A stretch of DNA of 64,000 bases from Myxococcales bacterium. Lineage in GTDB: Bacteria > Myxococcota_A > Polyangia > Polyangiales > DASUME01. A program made the position numbers and the translations under genes. Of this stretch, positions 56,146-64,000 are shown one piece after another (the first letter of the stretch is position 1; each line of letters starts with the position of its first letter). The notes under the pieces are model-generated. The model worked only from the letters and a program-made list of their open reading frames with translations. It searched no databases and was not told where the DNA came from. The stretch is taken from NCBI GenBank assembly GCA_047601445.1, contig JASGJH010000001.1, positions 5,120,001 to 5,184,000 of the forward strand. Reading direction: 5' to 3'.

Positions 56146-57006
56146 ATGGGTCTACCCGACGACTTCGACTTCTCCGCCTTCCTCGACTCCATCGACGAGA
56201 ACTGGGAGCTGCGCGGCATGCGTGTCGTCTACTACGACGGCTACGAGATGACCATCATCCGCGAAGGGCCACCGTGGTGCGCGGCCGACCTGAAGACCAT
56301 CGTGATCAAGCCGAATCTGGGCGAAACCACGCTGCACTCGCCGAAGGCCGCCGAGACGCGTGACGGCCGCATGTACTCGGAGTTGCTCAGCGCGGGTCTC
56401 GGCTGCGCGGGCGCCGTGGTGGGCTGGGCCGTGGTCTTCGGCAGCGCAGGCGCGGCACCGGTCACGGGAGGCACCTCGACATTCGTGACAGCCCTCGCGT
56501 GGACGGGCGCGGTGTCGGGGTCCCTGCAATGCGCAAACTCGATGGTACGCGTGTGGAGCGAAGCCACCGATCCGCACTTCAACGACATGCTCGACAGCCA
56601 GGCCTGGTACACGCGGACCTCGGCGGCACTCGACGCGATCTCTTTGATCGGCGCCGGCGCGTCCACGGTGGCCACGTTGCGCATGGCCAAGGCGCTCCAG
56701 GCCTCGACCGGCAAGACCATGCTCGCGGTGCTCAAGGGCCTCACGCGTCAGGAACGCAAGCGCATTGCAGAGGAGGCCATCCGCCTCCAAAATCCGGGCA
56801 TCACCAAGGCCATGCTCAAACGATTCGTGCAAGCTGGGCTGTACCCCAAGCGCTTCACCTCCGAGGCGGTCACCCATGCGATCCGGGACCAGCTCAAGGA
56901 CGCAATCGGGGCAGCGTTGAGCCTGGTCGGCAGCGCCACGAGTGGACTCGTGCGGCAAGCCGGCACCTACGTGGTGGGCGTGGCGCAAAGTGTCGAAACC
57001 TACTGA
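56146..57006 (+). CDS. Hypothetical protein; candidate membrane-acting T6SS effector
   Basis: No signal peptide; Gly/Ala-rich hydrophobic hairpin (AGLGCAGAVVGWAVVFGSAGAAPVTGGTS); basic C-terminus; directly after the T6SS operon. Confidence 0.6.
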   Translation: MGLPDDFDFSAFLDSIDENWELRGMRVVYYDGYEMTIIREGPPWCAADLKTIVIKPNLGETTLHSPKAAETRDGRMYSELLSAGLGCAGAVVGWAVVFGSAGAAPVTGGTSTFVTALAWTGAVSGSLQCANSMVRVWSEATDPHFNDMLDSQAWYTRTSAALDAISLIGAGASTVATLRMAKALQASTGKTMLAVLKGLTRQERKRIAEEAIRLQNPGITKAMLKRFVQAGLYPKRFTSEAVTHAIRDQLKDAIGAALSLVGSATSGLVRQAGTYVVGVAQSVETY

Positions 57007-57508
57007 CCCTGTTGAGCCCGAGTTCGCCTTCACGGACGCCGTGGTCGATCAGGTCTTGCGCGGCGAGCGCGTGTTGCCCTTCCTGCCCGGAACGCGCAAC
57101 GCGGTAGGCGCCATGTTGCTCGTCTTGCTGGGCACGACCTGTCTGGTGGGGAGCGTGGGCCTATCCGCGGCGCAGCAGCGTAGCGATGCCCAACTCGTGG
57201 GCGTGGGCGCAGTGGCGCTCGGAGCACTCGCAGTGAACGCCCTCGGCTTTTGCTTGGTGCAAGGTTTGGATCGAGCGCAGACCTGGTTCCTGCGCTGGAG
57301 CACGCTCGGTTTCGTGGCATCGCTAGGGACCGCGCTGACGCGCGCCCTGGGTGATGGCCAAGGGCCCCTCTTGCCGGCGGCCACGGCGGCATCGCTCTTC
57401 CTGGGCGCCCTGGCAGTGCAGCGCAGCGAGGGATTTATCACACACGCCCACTTTCGGCGCCGCCTTCGCGCTGGGCGCGCGCGCCTGGCGAAGGCACGCC
57501 AGAGCTAG
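56990..57508 (+). CDS. Small four-TM membrane protein; candidate immunity protein
   Basis: GTG start overlapping the previous gene by 17 nt; four hydrophobic segments. Confidence 0.55.
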   Translation: MSKPTDPVEPEFAFTDAVVDQVLRGERVLPFLPGTRNAVGAMLLVLLGTTCLVGSVGLSAAQQRSDAQLVGVGAVALGALAVNALGFCLVQGLDRAQTWFLRWSTLGFVASLGTALTRALGDGQGPLLPAATAASLFLGALAVQRSEGFITHAHFRRRLRAGRARLAKARQS

Positions 57509-57540
57509 CGGCGGGACGGCTCGCGCCCGCCGCTAGCTCT
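57501..57540. terminator. Perfect 15-bp stem hairpin at the end of the T6SS-distal genes
   Basis: AGAGCTAGCGGCGGG-N10-CCCGCCGCTAGCTCT; no U-tract. Confidence 0.55.
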
Positions 57541-57796
57541 GCGGGTCCGCCAAGTGGACCTGCCAAGACGCCAATTCGCCCGCGAAGTAAGGTCCATCAC
57601 CCTCGACCGCTGCGAACTGCCCCGTGTGTCGGATGGCTGCGCCAAAGTAGCCACGGTGGCGAATTGGATAGCCAGCGTCGAAGTAAGGCTGCCCACTTTG
57701 CGTCCGCGACGGAATTTGCCGTAGTCCCGCGAACCCGTTCGCGATTCGCCCATTCTCGCACGCTTAAGCACATGTGCGCACATCCTCACATCTGTT

Positions 57797-57812
57797 CGGC
57801 AACGGGCTTGCA
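57797..57812 (+). promoter_or_regulatory. Putative sigma54 promoter
   Basis: CGGCAACGGGCTTGCA, GG-N10-GC with TTGCA, 57 bp before ATG 57869. Confidence 0.5.
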
Positions 57813-57868
57813 AGGGCTTCTCGCCAGCACGCCGGTTCGTTCGGGGCGGCAACGAAAGGGACGCAGAC

Positions 57869-58765
57869 ATGGGCGCGGGATCTCGGTGGAGTGCAGCGCT
57901 GGCGTTGACGCTTTGGTCGGGAGTGGGTTCGGCTCAGGACACCGCAGCAGTGGTTGCTCCTCCCGCTCAGGCCGAGGCAGCGGGGTCGACGGACGGGGCG
58001 CCCGAGGGACCGAACCCCGTGCCCGCGACGACTCAACACGCGCCAGCGCGCCGCGCGGAGCTGTTCTGCACGTACAACCAGCGCGGTGAAGAGGAGTGCA
58101 TCTCCCTGACGAGCCTGCCTTCCCGCGCGCTCATCGAGCGCACGCTCGCCGAGTACGCGTCGACCGGCAAGGGTCTCGACGTGCAGCAACTGCGCTGCGA
58201 AAAGAACGGTTCGATCATGGACGCGGCACGCGCACGCCGGGCCGGTAAGCGAAAGCGCGCGGTCAGGACGGACGAGTGGTCCCTCAGCACCATCGAGCGT
58301 GCCGAACAGAACATCTTGGCCCTGCTGCGCTCCTGCCATGCGACGGACGCGGGGCTGGCCGATCCGATCGGGCTCGCGCCGACGGAGGCAGCTCCGCTAC
58401 CGGTGGTCATGGTCGGCGCTCCGGCGAATCGCGATGCACTCGACCTTCCCACGACCGAGGCGGGCGAGGCCGCGAACGCCGGCGCCCACGAAGGTGAAGC
58501 GCCGAGCAACGAGCTCACCTTCGACGAGGTCCAGGTGAGTGGCGAGGCCACGGCGGTGAGCGCAAACTTCGAGAACGCTGCTTCGCTGCCCTCGGGTGTC
58601 CGCCTGGTCCATGGCTACAGCGAGCTGCGCCCCGCCGTCACGCGCCTGGTCATCGTCTGGGAAGCCAACGTGCCGCCGGAGAGCGGCGCCCACGCGCTCA
58701 ACATCGATCCCTGTGCCGATCCCATCGGGATGCCGGCCTTCGGTGAGTGCGAGCAGCATTTCTGA
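57869..58765 (+). CDS. Hypothetical secreted protein
   Basis: Signal peptide (…VGSA/QD), several paired Cys, Ala/Pro linkers. Confidence 0.6.
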   Translation: MGAGSRWSAALALTLWSGVGSAQDTAAVVAPPAQAEAAGSTDGAPEGPNPVPATTQHAPARRAELFCTYNQRGEEECISLTSLPSRALIERTLAEYASTGKGLDVQQLRCEKNGSIMDAARARRAGKRKRAVRTDEWSLSTIERAEQNILALLRSCHATDAGLADPIGLAPTEAAPLPVVMVGAPANRDALDLPTTEAGEAANAGAHEGEAPSNELTFDEVQVSGEATAVSANFENAASLPSGVRLVHGYSELRPAVTRLVIVWEANVPPESGAHALNIDPCADPIGMPAFGECEQHF

Positions 58766-58900
58766 GCCGCGTAAGAGCTGCTCGCGGCGAGATGTGCTTC
58801 CTAGGGCCGATACCTGGTCTGCGTGTCGCCTCGATGCTTGAGTCTATAGTGAAGGGAGTAGGGGACCGAGAAGCGTCGCCTGCGTGTCTTCGTGCTCGCC

Positions 58901-60673
58901 ATGATGTCAGGGCCCGACATCTCCACGCTGCGGCTGCTCGGGATGATCCTCGCGCTGCTCCAGGCCGTGGCCCTGGGAGCGCTCGGTAGCGCCCGCGGCT
59001 CCCCCGCGTACATGCGGCGCTGGTGGATCGCATCATGTCTCATCGCCTCGAGCTTCGTGGCCAGCCTGGCGGGTGAGCTCGGTCTCGGTCCCAGGCGCCT
59101 GCTCCTGCTCCTCGGCAGCGGCTTGAGCGTGGCCGGCTTCGCCAACGCGTACGACGGCTTTCAGCGGTACTTCCATCGCACGAGGCGCGCCCTCGACTGG
59201 TACGTGCAGCGGCTGCTCCCGGTCTACGTTCTGCTGACGTTGGTGTTTTCCCTCGGCTCCAGGCGCTCCGTGTCCGTCGCACTGGTCGGGGCCGCAACCA
59301 TCGCGCTCACGCTACCGGGAGTGAACCTGCTGGTGAGCGAACGCCGGAACGGACAGAGGCGTCGGCTCTCGCTGGTGACCGCGATCGCGTTCCTGGGCTA
59401 CGTGTTGGTGACCCTGCTCCGGATGACGACCTATGCGCTGCATGAAGAAGCGGTGAGCGACCCGCAGCACTGGATGCACCTGGTGTTCGCTTCGTATCTG
59501 GTGGTGTTCTTTCCGACGCTCACCATCCTGTTGACGTTGTTGCACAGCCGGCGCACGCAAGACGAGCTCAACACATCCCTCGAAGCTCAGCGCGAGAAGG
59601 CCGAAGAGCTCGACCGACATTTCAACTCGAGCCGCGACCTGCTGGCCGTGATCGACGAAGACGGTCGCTTCGAGCGCGTCAACGAGGAATGGCGTAGGGA
59701 TCTGAGCTACGAGCCCGCCTCGCTATTGGGAAGCTCCCTGCTCGACCTGGTCCATGAGGACGACCGTCAAGCAACCCGCAGAATGCTGCGCGGACCGCCC
59801 CGGATGCCGGTGTTCAACTTCGTCAATCGCTGCCGCGGAGCGGACGGCAAGCCTCGCTTCATCGAGTGGAACGTCCAGCCCATCGAGTCCCGTCGACACC
59901 TGGTGGGCCGCGACATCACGCAGCGCCGTGCCTTGCAAGATCAGCTTCAGCAAGCGCAAAAGATGGAGATCATCGGCCAGCTCGCCGGCGGCGTCGCCCA
60001 CGATCTCAACAACAGCCTGGCCGCCATCGTCACCGCTTCCGACCTGCTCGCGCAGCAGCTTTCGCGCGGCGAGGCGTCCCCGCGCTGCGTTCAGGCCATC
60101 AGCGAAGCGGCCCTTCGCGGCAAGGACCTCACTCGGGAGATCCTGGTGTTTTCGCGCAAGGACGAGCTCGACTTCAAGCCCATCGACGCCCACCAAGTGG
60201 TGCGCTCCTCGGTGGGTCTGCTCCGCCACAGCGTGCAGCGCAGTGTGCGCATCGAGGACGACCTGGAAGCGCCGCGGTCCCGCGTGAAGGGCGACTCGGC
60301 GCTGCTGCAGAGCGCGGTGCTCAACCTCGGCATCAACGCGCGCGACGCCATGCCCGACGGCGGCTCCATCGTGGTGTCCACGAGCAACGTCGCCATGAAC
60401 CAGGACGAGATCGCCGAGCACGCCTGGCACGTGGCGCCGGGCGACTTCCTCCGCATCGACGTCACGGACACGGGCACAGGGATGTCCGAGGAGCTTCAGC
60501 AGCGCATCTTCGACCCGTTCTTCACCACCAAGCCCGCCGGCAAGGGCACCGGCCTCGGATTGGCTTCGGTTTATGCCACCGCCGAACGTCATCACGGCGT
60601 GGTCACGGTGCACAGCGAGCTCGGCCGCGGCAGCACGTTCTCGCTGTTCCTCCCAATCGCGACCCAGGCCTGA
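58901..60673 (+). CDS. Multi-TM PAS-domain sensor histidine kinase
   Basis: About 7 TM segments, PAS (VNEEW...LVHEDD...RDIT), GGVAHDLNN, NLGINARDAM, DTGTGM, GTGLGL. Confidence 0.92.
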   Translation: MMSGPDISTLRLLGMILALLQAVALGALGSARGSPAYMRRWWIASCLIASSFVASLAGELGLGPRRLLLLLGSGLSVAGFANAYDGFQRYFHRTRRALDWYVQRLLPVYVLLTLVFSLGSRRSVSVALVGAATIALTLPGVNLLVSERRNGQRRRLSLVTAIAFLGYVLVTLLRMTTYALHEEAVSDPQHWMHLVFASYLVVFFPTLTILLTLLHSRRTQDELNTSLEAQREKAEELDRHFNSSRDLLAVIDEDGRFERVNEEWRRDLSYEPASLLGSSLLDLVHEDDRQATRRMLRGPPRMPVFNFVNRCRGADGKPRFIEWNVQPIESRRHLVGRDITQRRALQDQLQQAQKMEIIGQLAGGVAHDLNNSLAAIVTASDLLAQQLSRGEASPRCVQAISEAALRGKDLTREILVFSRKDELDFKPIDAHQVVRSSVGLLRHSVQRSVRIEDDLEAPRSRVKGDSALLQSAVLNLGINARDAMPDGGSIVVSTSNVAMNQDEIAEHAWHVAPGDFLRIDVTDTGTGMSEELQQRIFDPFFTTKPAGKGTGLGLASVYATAERHHGVVTVHSELGRGSTFSLFLPIATQA

Positions 60674-60767
60674 CAGCCCTGCAGGCAGGCGACTCGATCG
60701 ACCGCAGCAAGTCACCACGGCGCTACCTCGAAGTCGCTGCGCACGGCCCCGTGCCATACTCGGAGCC

Positions 60768-61373
60768 ATGACTTCCGAACCTCGCGACGTACGTATTTGC
60801 TTCTTCGGCGATAGCCTGACCAACGGAGTCCAGGACTCCACCTACATGGGCTGGACCGGACGCCTGTGCGCCGCGCTCCCCTTGCAAGTCACACACTACA
60901 ACCTCGGTGTTCGAGGTCATACCGCGCTCGACATCGAGCGACGCTGGGAAGCCGAAAGCTCACAACGCTGGAAGCCGGGCACGGAACGGCGTCTGGTATT
61001 CACGTTCGGGACCAATGATTGCTCGCTCGAGTCTGGCGTGCCGCGCTTGCCGCTCGCAGAGAGCGTGGCGAGCGCCGAGCGCATCTTGGCGCAAGCAATC
61101 GCGTGTTGCCCCGTGCTCTTCATCGGACCACCTGCCCTGGAGCTCGAAGACCACGCGTCGGCGTTCGCGCGACTGGGCGAGCTCTCCAAGGCCTATGCGC
61201 GTCTGGCCGAGCGCCTGGAAGTGCCGTACTTCGACCTGTTCGAGCACACGCGCGCGTCGAGCGACTGGTTCGGCGCAGTGCAACGTGGCGACGGAATCCA
61301 TCCGGAACACACGGGCTATGCACTCTGGGCGAACATGATCGCGACCTGGGATGCCTGGCGCGCCTGGTGGTGA
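60768..61373 (+). CDS. SGNH/GDSL hydrolase
   Basis: FFGDSL, NLGVRG, FGTND, DGIHP..GY. Confidence 0.9.
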   Translation: MTSEPRDVRICFFGDSLTNGVQDSTYMGWTGRLCAALPLQVTHYNLGVRGHTALDIERRWEAESSQRWKPGTERRLVFTFGTNDCSLESGVPRLPLAESVASAERILAQAIACCPVLFIGPPALELEDHASAFARLGELSKAYARLAERLEVPYFDLFEHTRASSDWFGAVQRGDGIHPEHTGYALWANMIATWDAWRAWW

Positions 61374-61377
61374 CGCG

Positions 61378-61869
61378 TCAGTTGATCTGCACCGAGCCGC
61401 CCTTGATGCGGTTGACGCCCTCGGAGCGCGTCTCGACGTAGGTTCCGCGGATCACCACGCGGCCGTTGCGGCGCAGCACGATGCTGGCCTTGCCACAGCG
61501 CAGCTCGATCTCGTCCTTGGCCTCGAGCACCACACGCTTGCCGTCGAGCTTGGCTTCGATCGATTCGCTCGGCGTGGCGCTGGGTCCAGCCATGGGTCGC
61601 GCTTCGACGAGCCCCACCACGATGGGCCGATCCGAACGCTCCTCTTCGAACACCAGCAGCACGGGCACGGGCGAAGCCACGGCGTCGTCCGACACACTGG
61701 GCAACGCGAGCGTGGACTTGGCCATCAGGGGCCCATGAGGGTTGTCGGGATACGTGACGAGCGGGGCCCCCTCGCGAACGCCGATCAGCGAGCCCAGCAG
61801 GTGACCTCGCACTTCCTTGGGCACGCGTGTGCGGCGCGCTGGCTGGGATCGCTTGGAACTCTTCAACAT
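61378..61869 (-). CDS. DUF6484-type VgrG-associated protein
   Basis: VLLVFEEERSDRPIVVG and EIELRCGKASIVLRRNGRVVIRG...GVNRIKGGSVQIN; follows vgrG. Confidence 0.85.
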   Translation of the reverse strand: MLKSSKRSQPARRTRVPKEVRGHLLGSLIGVREGAPLVTYPDNPHGPLMAKSTLALPSVSDDAVASPVPVLLVFEEERSDRPIVVGLVEARPMAGPSATPSESIEAKLDGKRVVLEAKDEIELRCGKASIVLRRNGRVVIRGTYVETRSEGVNRIKGGSVQIN

Positions 61870-61927
61870 GGGTTGCTCCAGTACTTCTGGCCCGCTCGGC
61901 GGGTTTACGGTCTGCTGGGCAGAGCTC

Positions 61928-64000
61928 TCAGTTGTGCTTGACCTTGCTGCCCTTGACTACGAGGTCGCTGTCGCCCTTGAGCGTGATCTTATTGCCCTTG
62001 AGCGTGATGTCACCGTTCTTCTTGAGCGTGATCTGGGCACTGCCCACCTTGATGGTGAGCTCGTCTGCGATCTCGATGACGCCCTTCTTCTTGCCATTGA
62101 GGCCGAAGTCATCGCCGGATTCCAGGACAATTTTCTTGCCGGCCTTGAGCGCGATGTCTTCCTTCGCGCTCTCGGAGATCTTCTTGGCGCTGACCGATTT
62201 GCCGCCCGTGACATCCTCGCTGCTAGAAGCGCCCACAGCGACCTTCTTGAACCCGCCCACTTCCTCGCTCAGCGCCGCGCCCACACTCAGGTTCATGGCC
62301 GCCCCCACGCTCACGTCGTAGAGCGCGCCAATGCTGAGCGATTTCTGCGTGCCGACCTCCTCGGTGGAGTTGTTGCCGATGGTGAGTGAAGCGTCGACCC
62401 CGATGCTGACCGTCTGATTGGTCGTCACGTCAATCTTCTGATTCGCCCCCACGCTAAGGCTTTGGTCGGCGCCGACACTCAGCGTCTGGTTGGCCCCTAC
62501 GGACTCGGTGTCGTCCACATCGACGGTGGAGGTGCGGTTGTTGTGCACCGTCAGCGTCTGATCGTGGTCGATGGTCGTGACCATGTCGAACTGACCATGG
62601 ATACTGATCATCTCCTTGCCCTTGGTGTCGTTGAGCGAAATCTCGTTATTGCCGCCGCCTCCAGGCGTGCTGTCGGACTTCATGCCGCTAACCATGCCGC
62701 CGTCGGGCAGGCCGAAGGGCACGTTGTTCACGCCGTTGTAAACGCAACCCGTAATCAGCGGGCGATCCGGATCGCCCTCGAGGAAGGCCACCACGACCTC
62801 GTGCCCAATGCGAGGCAGGTTCATGGAGCCCCAGCCGGCGCCGGCCATGGTCTGCGCCACGCGGATCCAGCAGGAGCTCTTCTCGTCGGACTTGCCGAGG
62901 CGATCCCAGGGGAACTGGACCTTGATCCGCCCCATATCGTCCGTCCAAATCTCCTCGCCACTCTTGCCCACCACCTTGGCAGTCTGCGGCCCGTGCATCA
63001 CCGGGCGTGGTGTGACGCGTGCGGCGCGAAAGGGCTGACTGCTCTCCATGGCTCGCAGGCTGCAGCGCACCATGGCAGGGGCGCCTCCCTGGTTGGACTC
63101 GTAGCCCGACACCGTGAGCTGCAAGTCAGTGCGCGTGATCAGGTGTTCGACGTTCTGATCGTCGTGGGGGTGTTCACTCAGCGTGAACAGCGCGCCCGCC
63201 GAGAGGCCGCGGACGTTGCCCTCGCCTTGCGCCACCTTGACCTGACCGCGCACCTCTTCGAAGCGCACCTTGGCGTAGCGAGCGCCGTCCGAGGCCTCGA
63301 CGTAATCGCCCGGGTAGTCGTAGACCTCGAAGTCCTCGTGTTCGTAGCCACCGCCCGCGAACACCTTGGCGTGCAGGTCGGCGCGCGGACGCTTGAAGTC
63401 ATAGTCGTTGAGCACGAACTGCGTGGAGCGCACCGACTCGCCGAAGCTCCATTCGTCGATGTGGTCGCGCTCGCGCCGCATGTTCGCGTTGGGCGGATAG
63501 TACGGCACGGTCTCCCAGCCCGGCGTGGGCTGGTGCGCACCGATGTTGTCCGCGAGCACCAGCGTGTGCTTGTCCTTCTCGTGCCGGAAGAAGTAGTAGA
63601 TGCCCTCACGCTCCATCAGGCGGCTGATGAAGTTCAGGTCACTCTCGCGGTATTGCACCGTGTACTCGCACACCCGGTATGTCTCTGTGAACTGCTCGTC
63701 CACCGCCGGGATACCGCGCTCCTTGAGCAGATCGCGCAAGATGTCGGGGACGGTCTTCTCCTGGAAGATGCGGCAGTTGGTGGTCTGCGAGAGGAACCAG
63801 ATCCAGGGGTGCAGCGTGAGCTGATAGCGGAAGTAGCCACCGTGGTTGCCGATGGCGAGCATGTCCGTGACGTGCCCGTGAATGTAGCGAGGCTTGTCCT
63901 CGGCGGCCTGGAACGTGATGGTCATGGCCTGACCCAGCAGCTGCGACAGCTTGATATCGGACTTCAAGCTGAGGAGCGTGACCGCATAGGAGAACGGTGT
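61928..64000 (-). CDS. vgrG: T6SS spike protein VgrG (5' end beyond the window)
   Basis: CRIFQ, VQYRESDLNFISRLMEREGIYYFF, GPQTAKVVG, GRIKVQFPWDR, PRIGHEVVVAFLEGDPDRP, gp5-like SVGANQ repeats. Confidence 0.97.
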   Translation of the reverse strand, partial: TPFSYAVTLLSLKSDIKLSQLLGQAMTITFQAAEDKPRYIHGHVTDMLAIGNHGGYFRYQLTLHPWIWFLSQTTNCRIFQEKTVPDILRDLLKERGIPAVDEQFTETYRVCEYTVQYRESDLNFISRLMEREGIYYFFRHEKDKHTLVLADNIGAHQPTPGWETVPYYPPNANMRRERDHIDEWSFGESVRSTQFVLNDYDFKRPRADLHAKVFAGGGYEHEDFEVYDYPGDYVEASDGARYAKVRFEEVRGQVKVAQGEGNVRGLSAGALFTLSEHPHDDQNVEHLITRTDLQLTVSGYESNQGGAPAMVRCSLRAMESSQPFRAARVTPRPVMHGPQTAKVVGKSGEEIWTDDMGRIKVQFPWDRLGKSDEKSSCWIRVAQTMAGAGWGSMNLPRIGHEVVVAFLEGDPDRPLITGCVYNGVNNVPFGLPDGGMVSGMKSDSTPGGGGNNEISLNDTKGKEMISIHGQFDMVTTIDHDQTLTVHNNRTSTVDVDDTESVGANQTLSVGADQSLSVGANQKIDVTTNQTVSIGVDASLTIGNNSTEEVGTQKSLSIGALYDVSVGAAMNLSVGAALSEEVGGFKKVAVGASSSEDVTGGKSVSAKKISESAKEDIALKAGKKIVLESGDDFGLNGKKKGVIEIADELTIKVGSAQITLKKNGDITLKGNKITLKGDSDLVVKGSKVKHN

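Noticed and set aside
60768..61373. GDSL hydrolase as a T6SS lipase effector
   Set aside because: It is convergent to the vgrG cassette, has no adjacent immunity lipoprotein and looks like an ordinary stand-alone SGNH enzyme.

Overview
GC-rich bacterial DNA whose gene content (Ser/Thr kinase, PEGA/TPR, RCC1 and GDGD-repeat lipoproteins, ECF/anti-sigma pair, DUF6484) points to a Myxococcota/Polyangiales-like organism (inference). In order, the window holds: (1) a HlyD + two ABC ATPases + ABC-2 permease efflux operon, divergent from a histidine kinase/NtrC pair, with a clear sigma54 promoter and twin enhancer palindromes; (2) a multicopper oxidase, an FAD oxidoreductase, a glycerol-3-phosphate acyltransferase-gpsA pair and an MBL hydrolase; (3) a ~12 kb minus-strand array of five paralogous lipoproteins and three paralogous outer-membrane proteins, ending in an ECF sigma and a putative anti-sigma; (4) thiolase, tautomerase, a kinase/lipoprotein/PEGA/RCC1 module and an M23 + VanW pair; (5) a type VI secretion cluster (fha, tssJLM, tagF, tssABC, hcp, tagJ, tssEFGH; no tssK in the window) followed by a candidate membrane effector/immunity pair, with vgrG-DUF6484 at the right edge. 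In the array, every lipoprotein gene has the same fixed-spacing promoter-like motif directly before its start codon. One outer-membrane gene has its 5' 190 bp inverted, and flipping that segment restores a full in-frame gene. Four genes carry +1 frameshifts that all sit at GATCT sites, which suggests methylation-linked sequencing errors. No rRNA, tRNA, CRISPR array or mobile element was recognised.
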